A stretch of 64,000 bases of DNA, taken from IMG/VR virus record IMGVR_UViG_2509601031_000003; one strand, 5' to 3'. Numbering within the stretch: position 1 is the stretch's first letter; the number at the start of each line of letters is the position of its first letter. Position numbers and translations under genes: made by a program. The notes beneath the pieces are model-generated. The model did no database searches and was not told the DNA's origin. It saw only the letters and a list, made by a program, of their open reading frames with translations. The DNA is from a virus. Shown here piece after piece: positions 20,401 to 28,125 of this stretch.

Positions 20401-23400
20401 TTAGATCTGCGGCAGCGTTAGTTGCTGACACGGCGGCGACAGTAACAAGTGCTGTTGCAACAAAAAGCTTAACGAGCGCGAAAACCGCACTCGCGATCGC
20501 GACCGGAACAGCAACTCAAGCCCAACTTGCGAGCGCCGCCGCGTTTGGAAAAATGGCACTGAGCGCTGGCCTAGCGGTTGCGGCAGTGGCGGCGGTTGCG
20601 GCAGTGGCCGACACCTACTCTTCGATTCGCAGCGGGGCGGAGGACGCGGTAAAAGGGCAAGAAAAGCTAACTGAAGCTCTCCGCGTATACAACTTGGAGA
20701 ACGGCAAAACCAAGCCACCAAAGAACACAGTTACACCCCAAACTGAGCAGCAAGGTGTTGAGCAGGCAGGCAAGGAGTTAAACCCGTTCCAGCAGGGTTT
20801 AGATGCCGTTCGAGGCGGACTTCGCGATCTAACTGGAATTCAAGCAATTTCGACTGCCGCTCAAGAGCGCTACAACAATAAGTTGGTTGAGTTTGGAGAT
20901 TTGCTAACTCAATCGGACTCGATTATCCGAACAGTTCAAGATTCACAGCGTAAGCTCGCAGCACTTCAGAAAAAAGTTGCTGAGGGGACAGCAACCCCAG
21001 AGGAGCAGAAACAGCTCAACGCTGAAATTGAGCGTAATAAGGAGCTTGTGAACGCTGCTGTAGAGTCTGTCAAAGGTGCTAAAGCTCCAAACGCTCAACT
21101 TGAAGCTATCCAGAAAAATCAGCTTGAAACACTGAAGGGTCTAAGCGAAAGCTTAGATAAGGCTGGGCAATCCACCCAGAAAGGGACAGTTGCTATTCAG
21201 GGGCAAACCAAGGCGAACAAAGACCTTGTGGACTCAATTAAAGACCGCCTGGACTTAGGTGAGCTAACGCAGCAGCAGGCTTTAGCAGAGCTTGAAGCGG
21301 TTCAGGCGAACACAAAGAACAGTCTTGACCAACGCCAGAAGGCTAAAGCCGCGATCGACAAAATTCGCAAGGACGAGGTTGAAGGGGCTAAGAAGGCTCA
21401 AGAAGAACAGCTAAAATCTCGACAGTCCGCAATTGAAGCTGAAATTACTGCTATTCAAGCAGGACAGGCTCAGATTGAAGCACAGCAAATCGCAGGGAAC
21501 CTCTCGGAAGCCGAAGCGGACAAGCAGTTAACTGCGCTAAAAGTTCAAGAAATCCAGAAACGGATTGAGGCTGCTCGCGCAGTCCAAGAACTGGGAACCG
21601 ACGAAGAAAGGCAGAAAGCTGTATCTGAAGAAATTAAGTTGCAAGCCGAAATCGCTAAGGTGCAAGCTGAGGCGCGTAAACGCGAGCAGGAACGCCGACT
21701 CAAAGATATCTTGGAGGCAAACGCCAAGGTTGAGGCTGCAATCAAACAGTCTCAAACCGCTCGAATTACGGCAACCCGCGAGGCTGAGTTAGCCGCACTT
21801 CGGCAAGGTGGGGCGAATCGCGAACAAATTGAGCGCGATACCCAGAAGCAAATTGCCGCGATTCAGCTCGAAGGAACAAGCCAAGAACTCGACGCGAAGA
21901 AGAACGCCCTCGCGCAGATTCAGAAAGCTCGCGCCGCTGGAACTGTTGACCAGAAAGCAGCTGCTGATCAGGAAAAACAACTGATTAATGAGATTTCGCA
22001 GCTCAATCTACAGCGGCTCGACGCTGAGAAAGCTGCATTGCAAGCGCTTATTGCTGAACGGGTTCGAGGAATTGAAGTTGAACTCCAGCGCGCCAAACTT
22101 CCACTCGAAGCTCAAGCCGCTGGACTTGGAAACGTCAACACACTACTTCAGCAGCAATCGAACCTATTGGCCGCGCAGCAAGGCTTAGAATCCGCAATTT
22201 CTAACTTGAGATTGCAGCGGTTAAACTACGCCTTAGAAGATGCGAAAGCCGCGGGTAAGTCCGCGGACGCGGCTGCAATTCAAGCCTCAATCTTTGCTGA
22301 ACAAAACGCTCAATTAGAACTGCAATATCAGCAAAAACTCGCACAGTTAGAACTAAGTGAAAAAATTAAGGCGAACGAACTTGAAATCGCCAAACTTCAG
22401 GCGGATATCGCTGTTTTAGATGCGAAAGCGGCAGTTCAAAAAGCCGAGGCTGAAGGTAAATCTAGAGAGGAAATTGCGGCATTACAGCAGCAGCTAGATC
22501 TCAAGCAAAAGATTCAAAGTCTGAGTCAAAAAGCTATTGATAATCAATCAGAAATTAACGCCCAGGCTCGTGAGCAGTTAGCCGTTGAGCAGCAAGCGGC
22601 GAGAGAGCGCCAGTCTCGCGAGCAGCAGAAAGCGGCTCAGGAAGCACAGAAAGCCTCCATCTCTCAAGGCGGGGGAGGTTCAGCGGGTGGGGGATCTGTA
22701 AAACGGGCGTTCAATCTATCCGGAGAACAGGTTGGGCAGTACGATCGTGCTGGTCAAGCTTTCTCTCAAATCCTTGCGAACAATCAAGCCAGGGATGATC
22801 AGCAAATCGCGCTACTTAGACAACTGACAAGTGGAGCGCTAGGTAGTAACGAGAAGGCGTTTCTATCTGCGAGGGCAGAGGACGCTGGATTTAAGGGGGT
22901 TTCTGAGCTAGCTCAACAACTGCAAAAGATTGATCCGTTTAAACTGGATGCCACAATTCGGAAAACTCAAGAAGCGGGCGGCAATGTTATCGAGGCGCTG
23001 CAGGCTTTGACCAAAGGGGCAGACGAGGCTTCTGGAAAGTTGGGCGGGTTACCCAGTCTCAAAGCGCGCCGTGATGGCGGTTCAGTTCAGGCAGGGCAAC
23101 CGTACCTTGTCGGTGAGGAAGGGCCAGAGCTGATCACTCCAACCCGTAGCGGCTGGGTTCACACCGCGCCTGAAACCTCTCGGCTACTGTCTGGATTTAT
23201 GCCCCGCGACATTGCCGCGAGCCACAGCCTGCCTGTTGCGACGGTGGGGGATAAGTCGCTACTGAAAGAAATGCAGCGAATGAACGGTTTTATTGAATCG
23301 CTTGCGAATCGGGCCTCATACCCGCGCACGTTGGTTGTGCAGTCTGAAGCCGCTCCAATTAGCAGCGCCGCTAAAGTTTGGTCGGATATCTCTAAACACA

Positions 23401-23423
23401 ACTTGCAACGGAAAGGGTTTTGA
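14466..23423 (+). CDS. Tail tape measure protein (2985 aa)
   Basis: TP901-type core FDQQLRTFGVVSQAS...LAKQGF...VADLLTQASNAS; Ala/Gln coiled coils; C-terminal DGGSVQAGQPYLVGEEGPEL. Confidence 0.92.
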   Translation: MAVSEEIFEFKTTGLGDIISAYRQIEQAQKSIETATKQATAVLERQEAAISQLVRGGQELTRSNSAVTRSLKDVQSGLSDQLALERQLAQQIRATNGAYRDRSAASNNPDPLGISGALTDSITSSIQKGFENLKQGNILGTLGNIAAAPFSAIGSVASTALSGIGFGLVQSITNPIGAKFGQGLSNALENSLSQSVGSSELLAEKVGGAIGSAITGAVSSRLQGLPDILEAQIAKIDDKELRKKLENVLAQVREAPGQLRQSVTDTIGQDNILREGLAVRGTQQQSREARTPQIREQAVQEWRQAIEQLSRIETAATQRLAALEQQIQERQSEFNQAQKRYQKINQKLDEAQKSGQSTEAISAIAEDLRFAGADLQSLSQTITALSKSRQIATRAVEEARQASITARGRVEQVLPERQSQAFLDVAQATLGNINPEKLPRLVVNDALLKRENAASLYQPALNAIVVTGEMFEAIQKNSLTEKQIRVLSEELAHAQDFDFGSARGIDAARQNRVVTERQVQATQQELSQIAPELGRYAAERRAVELNAKVQASRGTERVLQQRQQQQNLQAITDIAAQQDIAPVKQQFLTAIKLLQRTAAEQGADLGQTIAQYIQIYEQQFSKVRAVSEKAAQQAGTATEAEIAQLQAELQQANTAVKAVITSIIGKIEKLKTPEPLQIPLDLKQNERELVPVEPRAQAEKRTLRQDQPTIRERAASVAEGAGQAARAVAEGAQKTVSTIRQVGETLQAPAAALAQGAGAAAKATVAIAKTGYKVAEAMEGLALDIIPAGRTIKSVGKNVALPAAAFGAATALLPGGAATVGAATQLASSALVPLGNAASASAASAIAGAVPNVLGLQGAIAGSVTAGIDVAVAGASVVLAKTGVAVVGGRTVAALAGRTARVITDAVSDAIDKAAVATDAVKVKADTAESRVQNRGAIDVAATSVQTGQADRIEPKATRREIDGAIAQAKKLDQEFAAAYQKLKEAIKSGDARLVNAYEETIQKLALNAKRDIDGLIEQLKSAGDNSGAIGQLGGVKGRLSRKEGLVAKEVGKFRKEQAARGEDLNAQALDLSVGLGNLDEGLLVLKRAAARTADALNSAIASFAEIEKQSKLSDTVRNAAQTPKVQAVAKDLAVNTAGFAASSLAANQGSVAGLAADAIGALAARTAINTLSPLAQAYIELRKSVEFREKSNAEKIDAIRNLVEKYRVSEKQQADELFGDIAGFGVGNLAAQLPIPVPLKGAIAASAAVPKLQALRDRISAQTRQPDIARGEDLNAQALDPGQVFSSIDGKRRRLLETLELQLSIAIDKLQDRFRKVGDTPELDENLVNAAVNNYTKLIDKLTKAKVDQIDRIDEQLFKRFIEATQKQITSTQGVIDRQTTRGTGGVDVTSVLDDLVQKESQDLIRQNQENLRKAQRQAFENERKGLAAVEGDLALLRVDDPVEGQSLVRQLKLFYGRLTADIQENVRKRLDSLLTESQTLGADIGTSQAVFTQRGDTAQAQKLGQVQQRLSAAQSEAQQILIKPRVEVTDKDLNRLKDLEREIRDVYKAVNLPPPPGGGFLGGIGEDAALSGGKLSGIAGLGAAAVGLGAGQFAQQALGATARQATETFKEFANFDQQLRTFGVVSQASQEQVGKLRAEVDRLAGSTTFGNKEIAAASINLAKQGFNADQTTKALKGVTLSASASGESLETTAQVIGVALNQFQLNATESTKVADLLTQASNASATGTAQIGESLKYVGGQAKASGQSIEETITVLALMAASGLDASSAGTGLAEALKRINLASASATTEMEELKSRGSKQAIAAFQLLNQEVRGADGKLLPFTQVLQKLKANLQNFPKPEQELILSALFGVQGSRAVLSVIGQTDEKIKSTIGTMQEFQGASEKAATALTQGAQGAIEKFTGGLEKVRIQAGETAAIAFVPLLNAASALIDGFTSLPAPVQQIVIAVGGLGTSITAATIAIAAFNIANNSIIGTAVRSAAALVADTAATVTSAVATKSLTSAKTALAIATGTATQAQLASAAAFGKMALSAGLAVAAVAAVAAVADTYSSIRSGAEDAVKGQEKLTEALRVYNLENGKTKPPKNTVTPQTEQQGVEQAGKELNPFQQGLDAVRGGLRDLTGIQAISTAAQERYNNKLVEFGDLLTQSDSIIRTVQDSQRKLAALQKKVAEGTATPEEQKQLNAEIERNKELVNAAVESVKGAKAPNAQLEAIQKNQLETLKGLSESLDKAGQSTQKGTVAIQGQTKANKDLVDSIKDRLDLGELTQQQALAELEAVQANTKNSLDQRQKAKAAIDKIRKDEVEGAKKAQEEQLKSRQSAIEAEITAIQAGQAQIEAQQIAGNLSEAEADKQLTALKVQEIQKRIEAARAVQELGTDEERQKAVSEEIKLQAEIAKVQAEARKREQERRLKDILEANAKVEAAIKQSQTARITATREAELAALRQGGANREQIERDTQKQIAAIQLEGTSQELDAKKNALAQIQKARAAGTVDQKAAADQEKQLINEISQLNLQRLDAEKAALQALIAERVRGIEVELQRAKLPLEAQAAGLGNVNTLLQQQSNLLAAQQGLESAISNLRLQRLNYALEDAKAAGKSADAAAIQASIFAEQNAQLELQYQQKLAQLELSEKIKANELEIAKLQADIAVLDAKAAVQKAEAEGKSREEIAALQQQLDLKQKIQSLSQKAIDNQSEINAQAREQLAVEQQAARERQSREQQKAAQEAQKASISQGGGGSAGGGSVKRAFNLSGEQVGQYDRAGQAFSQILANNQARDDQQIALLRQLTSGALGSNEKAFLSARAEDAGFKGVSELAQQLQKIDPFKLDATIRKTQEAGGNVIEALQALTKGADEASGKLGGLPSLKARRDGGSVQAGQPYLVGEEGPELITPTRSGWVHTAPETSRLLSGFMPRDIAASHSLPVATVGDKSLLKEMQRMNGFIESLANRASYPRTLVVQSEAAPISSAAKVWSDISKHNLQRKGF
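17302..17324. repeat. 23-bp palindrome copy 8 (inside tape measure)
   Basis: AAACCGGACA-GGC-TGACCGAATT. Confidence 0.8.
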
Positions 23424-23445
23424 TTTCGGACACGCTGACCGATTT
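23423..23445. repeat. 23-bp palindrome copy 9
   Basis: ATTTCGGACA-CGC-TGACCGATTT; exactly fills gap between convergent stops. Confidence 0.95.
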
Positions 23446-23694
23446 CTATTTTCGAGTTTGACCTTGTCTGTCGATTTCATCACCAATTGCTTTGCAAGCA
23501 CGGACATTTTCTACAGACATGCGGTTCGTCTCGCGCAAACCCTTTGTGCATTTATCGAAAGCCTCTTGCCCTGGTGTTGATTTGAAAACACCAAGACCAT
23601 ACAGCGCAAGGCAAAGTACCGTCGAAAAGCCAAATATGATCGCGATCGCCGAAAGAAAGTTTGGTTTTTGTTCCGAGGAGGAGTTGGTTGTCAT
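23446..23694 (-). CDS. Small membrane protein
   Basis: One hydrophobic helix FLSAIAIIFGFSTVLCLALYGLGV. Confidence 0.55.
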   Translation of the reverse strand: MTTNSSSEQKPNFLSAIAIIFGFSTVLCLALYGLGVFKSTPGQEAFDKCTKGLRETNRMSVENVRACKAIGDEIDRQGQTRK

Positions 23695-23765
23695 TGAGTT
23701 TAAGAGATCTGGGTGATTTCAGAATTCCCGAGATCGCGCTAACCACAACTCCCGCAAAAGGGTGA

Positions 23766-24356
23766 TCACCGCCCTGCCCTCAAAATCTGTCCAGCCGTCA
23801 GTTGCAGGCCCGGAAACACGGGAGACACAACCACCTCATCGCCTCGAAATTCTCTCGTTCGATAAGTTCCATCCTCAAGTTTCAGCACCGTCACCACTGC
23901 TCTAGTGGGGTCAACTTGCCAAAACTCAGGGATTCCCCGCGCGGCATACTCACGCGGTTTCTCGACATAATCACGATCGTAATTATCACTTCCAGGATTG
24001 CCCGGTGAAACGACCTCAACCACCAATGCTGGGGCGGGCATTTCTGGCATGATAATGTCGCTTCTGGCTCCCTCCAACGCGATCGCACACTCTTCGGTTA
24101 ACACAACAAAGTCGGGTTCCCTTGCCGTTACCTTACGGCTTGTAATGGCAATTTGCGTTCCAATCGCAAGCAAATCCGTTGGAATGCCAAATCTGACGAA
24201 TGCGCCAAATAGAAATGAGGCAATTCTGCGATTAATCGGTCTTTCTGGAGGCATCTCTACCAGCACCCCATCAACCAATTCATAGCGGGTGTCGGTTCCG
24301 TCTTCATAGTCAAGATATTCTTCGATGGTTCTGAATCGCGGCTTCGCTTGAGTCAT
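23766..24356 (-). CDS. Uma2-family (DUF820) endonuclease-like protein
   Basis: RYELVDGVLVEMPPE, REPDFVV, LVVEVVSPG, KPREYAARGIPEFWQVDP. Confidence 0.92.
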   Translation of the reverse strand: MTQAKPRFRTIEEYLDYEDGTDTRYELVDGVLVEMPPERPINRRIASFLFGAFVRFGIPTDLLAIGTQIAITSRKVTAREPDFVVLTEECAIALEGARSDIIMPEMPAPALVVEVVSPGNPGSDNYDRDYVEKPREYAARGIPEFWQVDPTRAVVTVLKLEDGTYRTREFRGDEVVVSPVFPGLQLTAGQILRAGR

Positions 24357-24446
24357 GGCGTTTTATTTTTAGATTAGCGCGCTGTCAACTTGTGCGATCG
24401 GAAGTTGAGGAAACACATGAAAGAGCAAGAAGATTGACGATATCGA

Positions 24447-24683
24447 TCAACCGTCAAATTTCACCCCAAAATCAGTGTCTAGCGCCCGTTCGATCCCCCT
24501 TAAAACGTCCTCCGTAATGTACTGGCGCTTACCTTTCTCGATCTCGTACCAATAGGCGGTTGAAATTCCCGCCTCAGTAGCCAACGCCTGAGCGGATCTA
24601 CCACTAGCCTCTCTAAGCTCTTTGATCCGCTTCTCTAAGTCGGGAACCGTTACTCGAATCTGTCTCACAACATCCACTAGCAT
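24447..24683 (-). CDS. XRE-family HTH regulator
   Basis: RIKELREASGRSAQALATEAGISTAYWYEIEKG. Confidence 0.85.
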   Translation of the reverse strand: MLVDVVRQIRVTVPDLEKRIKELREASGRSAQALATEAGISTAYWYEIEKGKRQYITEDVLRGIERALDTDFGVKFDG

Positions 24684-24741
24684 TTCTTGAATTCTCCTTG
24701 TTGATTCTACGCTTCTATTTTATATCATTTATCTACTGGTG

Positions 24742-24770
24742 TTGACAACTGTAGTATTAAACTCTAGTAT
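24742..24770 (+). promoter_or_regulatory. Sigma70-type promoter
   Basis: TTGACA-17 nt-TAGTAT. Confidence 0.6.
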
Positions 24771-24851
24771 AGAAGACAAGCAAAGAGAAAGCGCCCCGGT
24801 CTGGACAACTGAAAGCGCTTCCCTAAACCCCTATTAAGGATTTCAACTATT

Positions 24852-25163
24852 ATGGCTCAACTAATTGGTAATCTCCAAACCCTGAATCGCGATCGCCGCG
24901 TCGAAGTCAGTCACACACTAGGCAAGATCACAGCCATCCAGCATGGTTACGCGACAACCTACACACTAGAGTGGAGCGGTCACTATCTCGGCGAAACAGT
25001 TCAAGGTGCTGACAAGCTCTTCTACGTTGGCACTGGTCAAGGCTACACGTTACCCGAAGTCGCTCACTATCTTCTGATTCAGTTCCTCGACAAAATTCGC
25101 CTCAGCAATGAGTGGGCGTTCAATCAGCTTATGCAGCAAGAATCTCTGCCTGTTGCTGCTTAA
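24852..25163 (+). CDS. Hypothetical protein (paralog of 52105-52464)
   Basis: Shared HYLGETVQGADKLFYVGTGQGYTLPE...LIQFLDKIRLSNEW. Confidence 0.7.
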   Translation: MAQLIGNLQTLNRDRRVEVSHTLGKITAIQHGYATTYTLEWSGHYLGETVQGADKLFYVGTGQGYTLPEVAHYLLIQFLDKIRLSNEWAFNQLMQQESLPVAA

Positions 25164-25205
25164 CCTATCCGGGGCGATTAATCATCGCCCCGCACTCACC
25201 ATACC

Positions 25206-25228
25206 AATTCGGACAGCGTGTCCGATTT
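25206..25228. repeat. 23-bp palindrome copy 10
   Basis: AATTCGGACA-GCG-TGTCCGATTT. Confidence 0.95.
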
Positions 25229-25242
25229 CAAAAAGGAGCATC

Positions 25243-25584
25243 ATGGCGAAATACAAGTTTTTGGAAGAACTAGAAGCGGTCGAAACGAAGTACAAGCGGT
25301 TAATCGAGATGCCGCCGAGCAAGCCTAAATATCGTTTGTGGCAGGTTGTTGAGCACGATCGCGGATACGGCAAAAATAAGGAAACGTCTCTCGGTCGAAT
25401 TTGCGGGTTTCATTTTGTGCGAGTTGCGATCGCGCTTTTGGAAGGAGAAGGCTGCGAACCCGGCTGGCGCTATCACGTCGAGACTAACGAGGACATCCTA
25501 ATTCTGCAAGAGTCCAATATCAAAAGAGTGGTGGAAGAACCGACTCAGCTTGAGAGGGAGGCTGAAGATGAGCAACCCGAATAA
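25243..25584 (+). CDS. SH3/KOW-like phage protein
   Basis: AAGGAG RBS; PKYRLWQVV...RICG...PGWRYHVE matches N-half of 49055-49531. Confidence 0.6.
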   Translation: MAKYKFLEELEAVETKYKRLIEMPPSKPKYRLWQVVEHDRGYGKNKETSLGRICGFHFVRVAIALLEGEGCEPGWRYHVETNEDILILQESNIKRVVEEPTQLEREAEDEQPE

Positions 25585-25882
25585 TGCTGTCTACGTTTGG
25601 AACAATCCGATTTATCGATGGGGTTCCGGTTTTGTGTACCGAGGTTATTTCATTTGTCCTGTCGATAGTGGTTTTGATTGCCTACTTGGAGTTGCAGTGT
25701 TTGACCCTTTCGGGCAGGAGCTTGCTGACGAAACGACACATCAGCTTGTTTCTTCGATCGAAGAGGTTTGGCAAGTTGGGAAAACCTTTGTTGATTCAGA
25801 ATTGCGGCGGCTCACTGAAGAGTCTCCCAATCTTGCCAAAACAATTTTGCTTGCATCTGAGAGGGAGGTTTGCTATGTCTAA
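25568..25882 (+). CDS. Hypothetical protein
   Basis: Coupled ORF in rightward operon. Confidence 0.5.
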   Translation: MSNPNNAVYVWNNPIYRWGSGFVYRGYFICPVDSGFDCLLGVAVFDPFGQELADETTHQLVSSIEEVWQVGKTFVDSELRRLTEESPNLAKTILLASEREVCYV

Positions 25883-26105
25883 CTTTCCAGACTGCCGATT
25901 TCAGATTGGACAACGGGTGAGAGTGAGTGACCAGGGTGAAGAACTTTCCGGTGAAATCAAGGCGATTCTTTACGCTGAAACTGTTCCAAGTTGGAGTGAA
26001 GGTTGCGCGTGGTCGCGTCCTGGGTTCACTTACTTTGTTGAGTTTGATAGACCGAGGGCGATTCACGATATCGCGCATGAAAGCGAGTTAAACGAGGTGG
26101 AATGA
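25875..26105 (+). CDS. SH3/KOW-like phage protein
   Basis: FQIGQRV...AILYAETV...PGFTYFVEF...AHESEL matches C-half of 49055-49531. Confidence 0.6.
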   Translation: MSNFPDCRFQIGQRVRVSDQGEELSGEIKAILYAETVPSWSEGCAWSRPGFTYFVEFDRPRAIHDIAHESELNEVE

Positions 26106-27616
26106 TGGCTCAAAGAACTGTCACAGTTACAACTGAATTACCTGTAGAACTGTGGCAGTTCGCGATCGACGTTTCTAAGCTAGTCGAACCAGCCAGAGTC
26201 GAGTATCTCAATCGGAAGCTAGCTGGTGACGACGAAAACAGTATTGTTCGAGAGCTACAACCAAAGTACGGAATTAACAAGCGCCAGGTAAACGCGATTC
26301 GCTCCGAGGTCAGAGGCGCGATTTCATGCGCAAAAGAAAGTCGGAAACTCCACATCAACACACTGGAGCTGCAAATTAAGTCTACAAAAGGGTGGCTAAA
26401 AACCGCGGCGAAATCACTTGCAAAACTGCCCGATGCTGTTGGGTTGCAGCATGGTCAACATCTTAGAGTTCAGAAGCGCTTCGCGATTCACCACAAGAAA
26501 CGCCGGCTCCATCTGCTAGAGAAAAAGCTAGAACATTTGAAAAGCAAGCCGCTGCGTGTGTCGCTAGGTAACAAGGGTACGCAGTACCTTACGATTGGTA
26601 CAACCAAGGAAAGCTTTGGTAATCATATTGCCCAGTACGACGGCGGCACAATCAAGTTTCGGGTTCCCTATGCGTTAGAAGCTAAGTACGGCAAAGCGAT
26701 CTCATCCCCACTTAGATTTGAGCATGAACAAGGTCGGCGGTGGATTAATGATGCCATTCAAGCAAATCGCGCCCTGTCTTACCATATTTACTGTAAGGGC
26801 TTTCGTTGGTTCATCGCCTGTTGGATCAGTGTCCCAGAGCCACCCAGCCAATCACTTCCTCGGCAGTACGGCTGCATTGGAATTGATATCAATCCGGGCG
26901 TGATTGGTTGGGCTTACGTTGACTCGGATGGCAATCTCAAGCGCCACGGACAATTTAAGTTGAATCTACACAGCCGCAGGCGTGGTCAAATTGAGGCGGT
27001 ACTTCATGACGTTACAAGGCGAATCGTGACAATCGCAAAATCACTCTCATGCCCCGTTGTCATCGAGGCCCTCGACTTTACTGCAAAGAGGTCACAGCTA
27101 AGAGAGCGAGGTAGGAAGTACGCTCGAATGCTTTCGGGGTTTGCCTACAGCAAGTTTGCTAAATTTCTTGATCAGAAGTGTCAACTAGCAGGTATTGAGT
27201 TAATCAGTGTAAAGCCCGCCTATAGCTCGACTATTGGACTCGTCAAGTTCATGCGGCAGTATGGGCTAAGCTCCGATACCGCCGCGGCCATCGTTCTAGC
27301 GCGTAGAGCGATGCGATTATCAGAGCGTATTCCTGACCACAACGCCTATCCGTCCGTGAAGGCTGGAAAGCACGTATGGTCCGCATGGAACGCGCTAAAT
27401 AACACGCTGAAGTCTCTTCCAAGGCATCAGCACTTTACGCGACCTAACAGGTCACTAGAGGCCACGCCAGTTTGTGGGTCGCAAGACGGGCTTGCTGGCA
27501 AGCGAAATCGCACTTCTAGACGCGGTGAAACTCCGCAGCGGAATCGTAAAGCTGCCGTTAGCGATACGTGCCTAGACGTACACGGTTTTATCCAGCTACG
27601 TATAGGCTTTAATTAA
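26102..27616 (+). CDS. tnpB: TnpB-family RNA-guided nuclease (IS200/IS605/IS607 accessory type), no adjacent TnpA
   Basis: RuvC-I GIDINPG, RuvC-II VVIEALDF, KYARMLSGFAYSKF, KPAYSSTIG, RuvC-III SDTAAAIVLARRA. Confidence 0.85.
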   Translation: MMAQRTVTVTTELPVELWQFAIDVSKLVEPARVEYLNRKLAGDDENSIVRELQPKYGINKRQVNAIRSEVRGAISCAKESRKLHINTLELQIKSTKGWLKTAAKSLAKLPDAVGLQHGQHLRVQKRFAIHHKKRRLHLLEKKLEHLKSKPLRVSLGNKGTQYLTIGTTKESFGNHIAQYDGGTIKFRVPYALEAKYGKAISSPLRFEHEQGRRWINDAIQANRALSYHIYCKGFRWFIACWISVPEPPSQSLPRQYGCIGIDINPGVIGWAYVDSDGNLKRHGQFKLNLHSRRRGQIEAVLHDVTRRIVTIAKSLSCPVVIEALDFTAKRSQLRERGRKYARMLSGFAYSKFAKFLDQKCQLAGIELISVKPAYSSTIGLVKFMRQYGLSSDTAAAIVLARRAMRLSERIPDHNAYPSVKAGKHVWSAWNALNNTLKSLPRHQHFTRPNRSLEATPVCGSQDGLAGKRNRTSRRGETPQRNRKAAVSDTCLDVHGFIQLRIGFN

Positions 27617-27640
27617 CGGAGTTAGTTTTTAGTCTTTGAA
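27430..27640 (+). ncRNA. Candidate omega-RNA overlapping tnpB 3' end
   Basis: By analogy to TnpB systems; low-complexity protein tail after the last conserved motif; putative right end ...TTAACGG at 27619; boundaries approximate. Confidence 0.35.
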
Positions 27641-27661
27641 ATCGGACACGCTGTCCGTTTT
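27639..27661. repeat. 23-bp palindrome copy 11
   Basis: AAATCGGACA-CGC-TGTCCGTTTT; between tnpB and tail gene. Confidence 0.95.
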
Positions 27662-27666
27662 GACCC

Positions 27667-28122
27667 ATGCCAGCAATTGTTCCGCCTCACTCTAAAACAG
27701 TCGCCTTTCAACTTGCGATCGCTGACTATCTCCAACAGCAAACCGGAATTGACTGGCGAGAGTTTAGCGATATTCTGCCTGTGCAGAAGTCAGGCGGACT
27801 GAACTACTCCGCGCTGGTTAGCTTTACTCAAAAAGAAAGCGATCGGGGGGATGAATATCTAACAAATAAATATCGCGTTCAAACGCGGTTCCGCTGCTCT
27901 GGTAACGATAAACGAGTGGTAGACGAGTCTTTGGGTGATTGGTGTGATTTTCTGGACGGTCTACTGCTTCGGTGCGTTGATATTCGCGGCACATTTCGCA
28001 GCGTCAATCTCTACGCAAAGATTCGGCTAGAGCCGCGATCTCCGTGGATTTTGAATATTAAAGAGAACCAAGACGAGGGAGCAGCGGGTACGATTTACCG
28101 CACTTGGGAACTAGAAATTTAG
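27667..28122 (+). CDS. Putative tail terminator/minor tail protein
   Basis: Size and position at resumption of tail operon. Confidence 0.35.
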   Translation: MPAIVPPHSKTVAFQLAIADYLQQQTGIDWREFSDILPVQKSGGLNYSALVSFTQKESDRGDEYLTNKYRVQTRFRCSGNDKRVVDESLGDWCDFLDGLLLRCVDIRGTFRSVNLYAKIRLEPRSPWILNIKENQDEGAAGTIYRTWELEI

Positions 28123-28125
28123 GAG

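Noticed and set aside
14549-22188. Many short ORFs antisense or out of frame to the tape measure (also within portal, kinase and methylase)
   Set aside because: Shadow frames of long coding sequences, without RBS or motifs
26102-27616. Cas12/type V CRISPR effector
   Set aside because: No CRISPR array or cas1/2/4 nearby; motifs fit IS-associated TnpB
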